A DNA stretch of 63,626 bases, counting the filler. It is 4 parts of 4 records of this genome, joined end to end, with 100 filler letters (N's around TTAATTAATTAA, not from the genome) between each part and the next. Parts side by side here need not be neighbours in the genome. Positions count along the whole stretch, not along the records: positions 57,731 to 63,626 come from DRR723986_12880; 3 more parts are not named here. One strand, written 5' to 3'. The notes below the pieces were generated by a model. The model was not told where the DNA came from, searched no databases, and saw only the letters and a program-made list of their open reading frames with translations. Made by a program: the position numbers and the translations under genes. Below are positions 60,840-63,626 of the stretch, piece by piece; within the stretch, counting starts at the first letter, position 1, and the number at the start of each line of letters is the position of its first letter.

Positions 60840-61684
60840 CCATCGTACGTGGGCGTCGTGACCACCTGGTCAACCAAGCTGCGGGGCTACGAAAGTCGAC
60901 GGTGAAGCCTGATGAATGGATCATCGTCGGTATGGGCGAGGACGCAGAGCTTGATTCCTATCAAGATCTACCGATTCACACTGCTCGCGTTGAGATGAAT
61001 AGTCCGCAGTTGCCGCTTGCTGAAGCCCGAAATAGAGCGGCCGCGCTTTGCCAAACTGAGTCGATGATTTTCCTCGACGTGGACTGCATCCCGCATCCCG
61101 AAATGATCGAAGTCTTTCAAGACACGCTGGTCCAAAGTGGTGATCGGTTGTGGATGGGCTCGCCACGCTACCTGCCGAAAGGCGCCACGGCGAACGGAAT
61201 TGATTTTTCAGCATTTGACCGTGCTGCCGTCAAGCATCCGTCACAACCGAGTCTTGCCAGCGGCCAGCGGCAATCCTCATCGAAGTACGAACTATTCTGG
61301 TCGCTCTGTTTTGCGATTAACCAACATGCTTACGATGCAATTGGCGGTTTTGATGAGAGCTTTTGTGGCTACGGTGGCGAAGACACTGACTTTTCCTTCT
61401 CAGCGCGACGTGCAACGATTGGGTTCGGTGTTGTGGGAGCGATCGCTTATCACCAGCACCACAAAATCTGTAAACCACCGCTGAACCACTTCCTAGCCAT
61501 CATCGACAATGCGCGTCGCTTTCACGCGAAATGGGGGCATTGGGCGATGGAGGGCTGGCTGAAGCAATTCGAAAAGCTGGACCTCGTCAACTACGACCCC
61601 GTGGCGGATAACTGGGAAGTCATCCGAACACCCTCTGACCAAGAAATCAGAAATGCAACCGCGGAGACGCCCGCTGGTTTCTGA
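60821..61684 (+). CDS. GT2-family glycosyltransferase
   Basis: LAEARN, FLDVD DxD motif, GGFDE.F.GYGGEDTDF. Confidence 0.9.
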   Translation: MATSVLTIVRGRRDHLVNQAAGLRKSTVKPDEWIIVGMGEDAELDSYQDLPIHTARVEMNSPQLPLAEARNRAAALCQTESMIFLDVDCIPHPEMIEVFQDTLVQSGDRLWMGSPRYLPKGATANGIDFSAFDRAAVKHPSQPSLASGQRQSSSKYELFWSLCFAINQHAYDAIGGFDESFCGYGGEDTDFSFSARRATIGFGVVGAIAYHQHHKICKPPLNHFLAIIDNARRFHAKWGHWAMEGWLKQFEKLDLVNYDPVADNWEVIRTPSDQEIRNATAETPAGF

Positions 61685-62009
61685 GGTAGTATCGTCGTCG
61701 CTACGCCAGCCGTTGATAGCGACAGTTGCATCCCATTTTGGCAAGAACAAGGCCTCCGCAGATCGAACGACCCGCCCGCTTCAACGATCGCTGTTCAGCC
61801 AAATGCTCTGCGGACAATAGGTCGTTTTTGGATCAGCGTGGTTCTATGGAAGCCAAGCGGCAAGTTAACTATTCGATGAAGATTTAACTATCGCCGCTGT
61901 ATGCAGCACCAACTTGAGTGAATTAGTAGCGCAGCCGACTGTTTCTGCGCGATTCAGGCGGAGATTCTCCGGCATCGATAGCATACGTCGGGCGAAGTGC
62001 GTTCGTTGA

Positions 62010-62025
62010 TGGCACGACTGTTGCT
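62010..62025 (+). promoter_or_regulatory. Sigma54 (-24/-12) promoter
   Basis: TGGCACGACTGTTGCT matches TGGCACG-N4-TTGCW, about 100 nt upstream of the GT4 start. Confidence 0.7.
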
Positions 62026-62123
62026 CATGGCGTAGCGGGCGCTCAGATCGGCTGAGCCAAGACAACAAGCCAGCGGCACAGCAAGACTGAGTGCCGCTGC
62101 CGGTCCGAAGAGAGGCAAACGTC

Positions 62124-63245
62124 GTGAAGATTGCAGTTATCAGCCACCTCAAATTCCCAATCGCCAAACCATTTGCTGGTGGTTTGGAAGCATTTACACA
62201 CGGTTACGTGCAGCAGCTCTGCAAACGAGGGCACGATGTCACGTTGTTCGCTTCCGCAGATTCCGACCCAGACCTGCCAGTCGAGCCAACGCTTCGACGA
62301 GCAACCGTGCCCTGGTCAATCGAACTACATGGATTGGTAAGCGATGTGTGGATCGAGCGTACTGAGGACGATGCTTACCGCGAACTGATGGTGCGATTGT
62401 CGTTGGCGGAGTTTGACATCATACACAACCACTCGCTCAGCCCGATTCCGATCGCGCAAGCTTGCGAAGTCGCCGCGCCCGTCGTCACGACGCTTCACGC
62501 TCCGCCGTTGACGAGAATGGTATCAGCTCTCCGGCGTGTCGGATCGCACCGGTGCGGCCACTTCGTGAACATCTCGCGTGCAAACGCGGAAGCCTGGCGC
62601 AGAGCAGTGCCGAATCAACGCATTGTTCATAACGCCGTCGATACAGAGTTTTGGCGGGGGGGGGGCGAAGAGAAAGTTGAACGAGCTGTGTGGTTCGGTC
62701 GGATCTTGCCAGACAAAGGTACCCATTACGCCATTCAAGCAGCGCACCGGGCGGGCATCCCCATCGACATCGTCGGCCCAATTGCTGACCAACAGTATTT
62801 CGCAAGTGACGTAGCGCCTCTGCTCGCCGACTCGGATCAATACCTGGGCCACCGCACGCACGAGGAACTTTGCCAGATCATCAGCCGAGCTAAAGTGGCT
62901 GTGGTAACACCTTGTTGGGACGAGCCGTTCGGACTGGTCGTAGCTGAAGCACTGGCGTGCGGAACTCCGGTAGCCGGGTTTGCGAGGGGGGGCCTGCCGG
63001 AAATTTTGGGACACTCCGTCGGTCGTTTGGCGCACCCCGGACACGTAAATGGACTTGCAAACTGCGTTCAAGATGCGGCTCAGATCGACGGAAATGTTTG
63101 CCGACGGTATGCTCGTCAAACGTTCGGACTCGAACGCATGATCACCGCGTACGAGGCAGTTTACGCGTCACTACTCGAACCACCTAGAGAGCCCTCCGAC
63201 GAAGCCTTGCAAACCGACAGTCCGGCAATCGCCGTTGCGTCGTAG
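62124..63245 (+). CDS. GT4-family glycosyltransferase
   Basis: PFAGGLE, FGRI..DKG, EPFGLVVAEALACGTPV; GTG start after GAGAGG. Confidence 0.92.
   Translation: MKIAVISHLKFPIAKPFAGGLEAFTHGYVQQLCKRGHDVTLFASADSDPDLPVEPTLRRATVPWSIELHGLVSDVWIERTEDDAYRELMVRLSLAEFDIIHNHSLSPIPIAQACEVAAPVVTTLHAPPLTRMVSALRRVGSHRCGHFVNISRANAEAWRRAVPNQRIVHNAVDTEFWRGGGEEKVERAVWFGRILPDKGTHYAIQAAHRAGIPIDIVGPIADQQYFASDVAPLLADSDQYLGHRTHEELCQIISRAKVAVVTPCWDEPFGLVVAEALACGTPVAGFARGGLPEILGHSVGRLAHPGHVNGLANCVQDAAQIDGNVCRRYARQTFGLERMITAYEAVYASLLEPPREPSDEALQTDSPAIAVAS
62656..62665 (+). repeat. G10 homopolymer inside the GT4 CDS
   Basis: TGGC-GGGGGGGGGG-CGAA, currently in frame (W-R-G-G-G-E). Confidence 0.9.
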
Positions 63246-63425
63246 TTTGGTGGTGCGGTAGTCGTGTAACGTCCATTTCAGAGGCATGTTCCGAATCCGC
63301 GTTTGCGAAACGTGGCGTTGTGAAACATGATTGGCACTGCACACAGACTGCATCAAGACGAATTGCTGAACTTCGTCTGCCGCGTCGATTGGACAGGCTA
63401 CCGGAGTTCTTTCGCCTCGAAGTTG

Positions 63426-63626
63426 TTATGCTTCGAATTCAACCTTGCCGTGGTTAGTGTCGGGCGTTTCAACTGCCTCGCCCTTCATGTAGGCTCGGCC
63501 TACTTTGATAAGGAATCTGAGCCCGTTCAAACCACCTATGCCCCAGAACTCGCCGCTCTCTGGACGCATCCGTAGGAGTACGATACGCGGATCCGCGGCA
63601 CCTTCGGGAAACCAACCGAGCCAGGC
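63426..63626 (-). CDS. General stress protein 26 / pyridoxamine-5'-phosphate-oxidase-like protein, C-terminal part (truncated by window end)
   Basis: Manual translation AWLGWFPEGAADPRIVLLRMRPESGEFWG...KVEFEA*; 'WFPEG..DP...L...P..GE.W' signature; absent from the ORF track. Confidence 0.8.
   Translation of the reverse strand, partial: AWLGWFPEGAADPRIVLLRMRPESGEFWGIGGLNGLRFLIKVGRAYMKGEAVETPDTNHGKVEFEA

Noticed and set aside
63327-63575. 82-aa plus-strand ORF
   Set aside because: Largely antisense to the general-stress protein fragment

Overview
This window is not one locus. It is four unrelated contigs joined by 100-nt artificial spacers (N44-TTAATTAATTAA-N44 at 21537-21636, 49074-49173 and 57631-57730), so gene context must not be read across spacers. 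Contig A (1-21536, mid GC, probably a non-Bacteroidia FCB-group bacterium such as Kapabacteria/Ignavibacteria; inferred) carries prfB with its +1 frameshift, clpC, rlmN, two paralogous outer-membrane proteins, two orphan TRAP binding proteins, an O-antigen-ligase/TPR protein, an aminotransferase, porX-tsaE, hpf-hprK-fcl and a perfect 25-bp palindrome. Contig B (21637-49073, AT-rich, Cyclobacteriaceae/Algoriphagus-like Bacteroidota; inferred) is mostly housekeeping (fabI, recN, porD, coaBC, rpoZ, bamD, tilS, mdh, mscS) plus a SusD-less four-gene TonB-dependent module. Contig C (49174-57630, high GC, Rhodobacteraceae-like; inferred) has the hutU 3' end, a low-GC TM-HEPN-like gene, a PhyH dioxygenase, a fused E1alpha/beta ThDP enzyme coupled to a FabD-like acyltransferase with a divergent LysR, a DmdA-like demethylase and a tRNA-Cys 3' end at the contig break. 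Contig D (57731-63626, taxon uncertain) has a MATE/flippase, three glycosyltransferases, sigma54-type promoters, a G10 tract and a truncated general-stress protein. The best candidates for undescribed systems are the E2-less E1 plus FabD-like module and the sigma54-linked three-GT/MATE module. All family calls come from motif recognition by eye; no database search was run.
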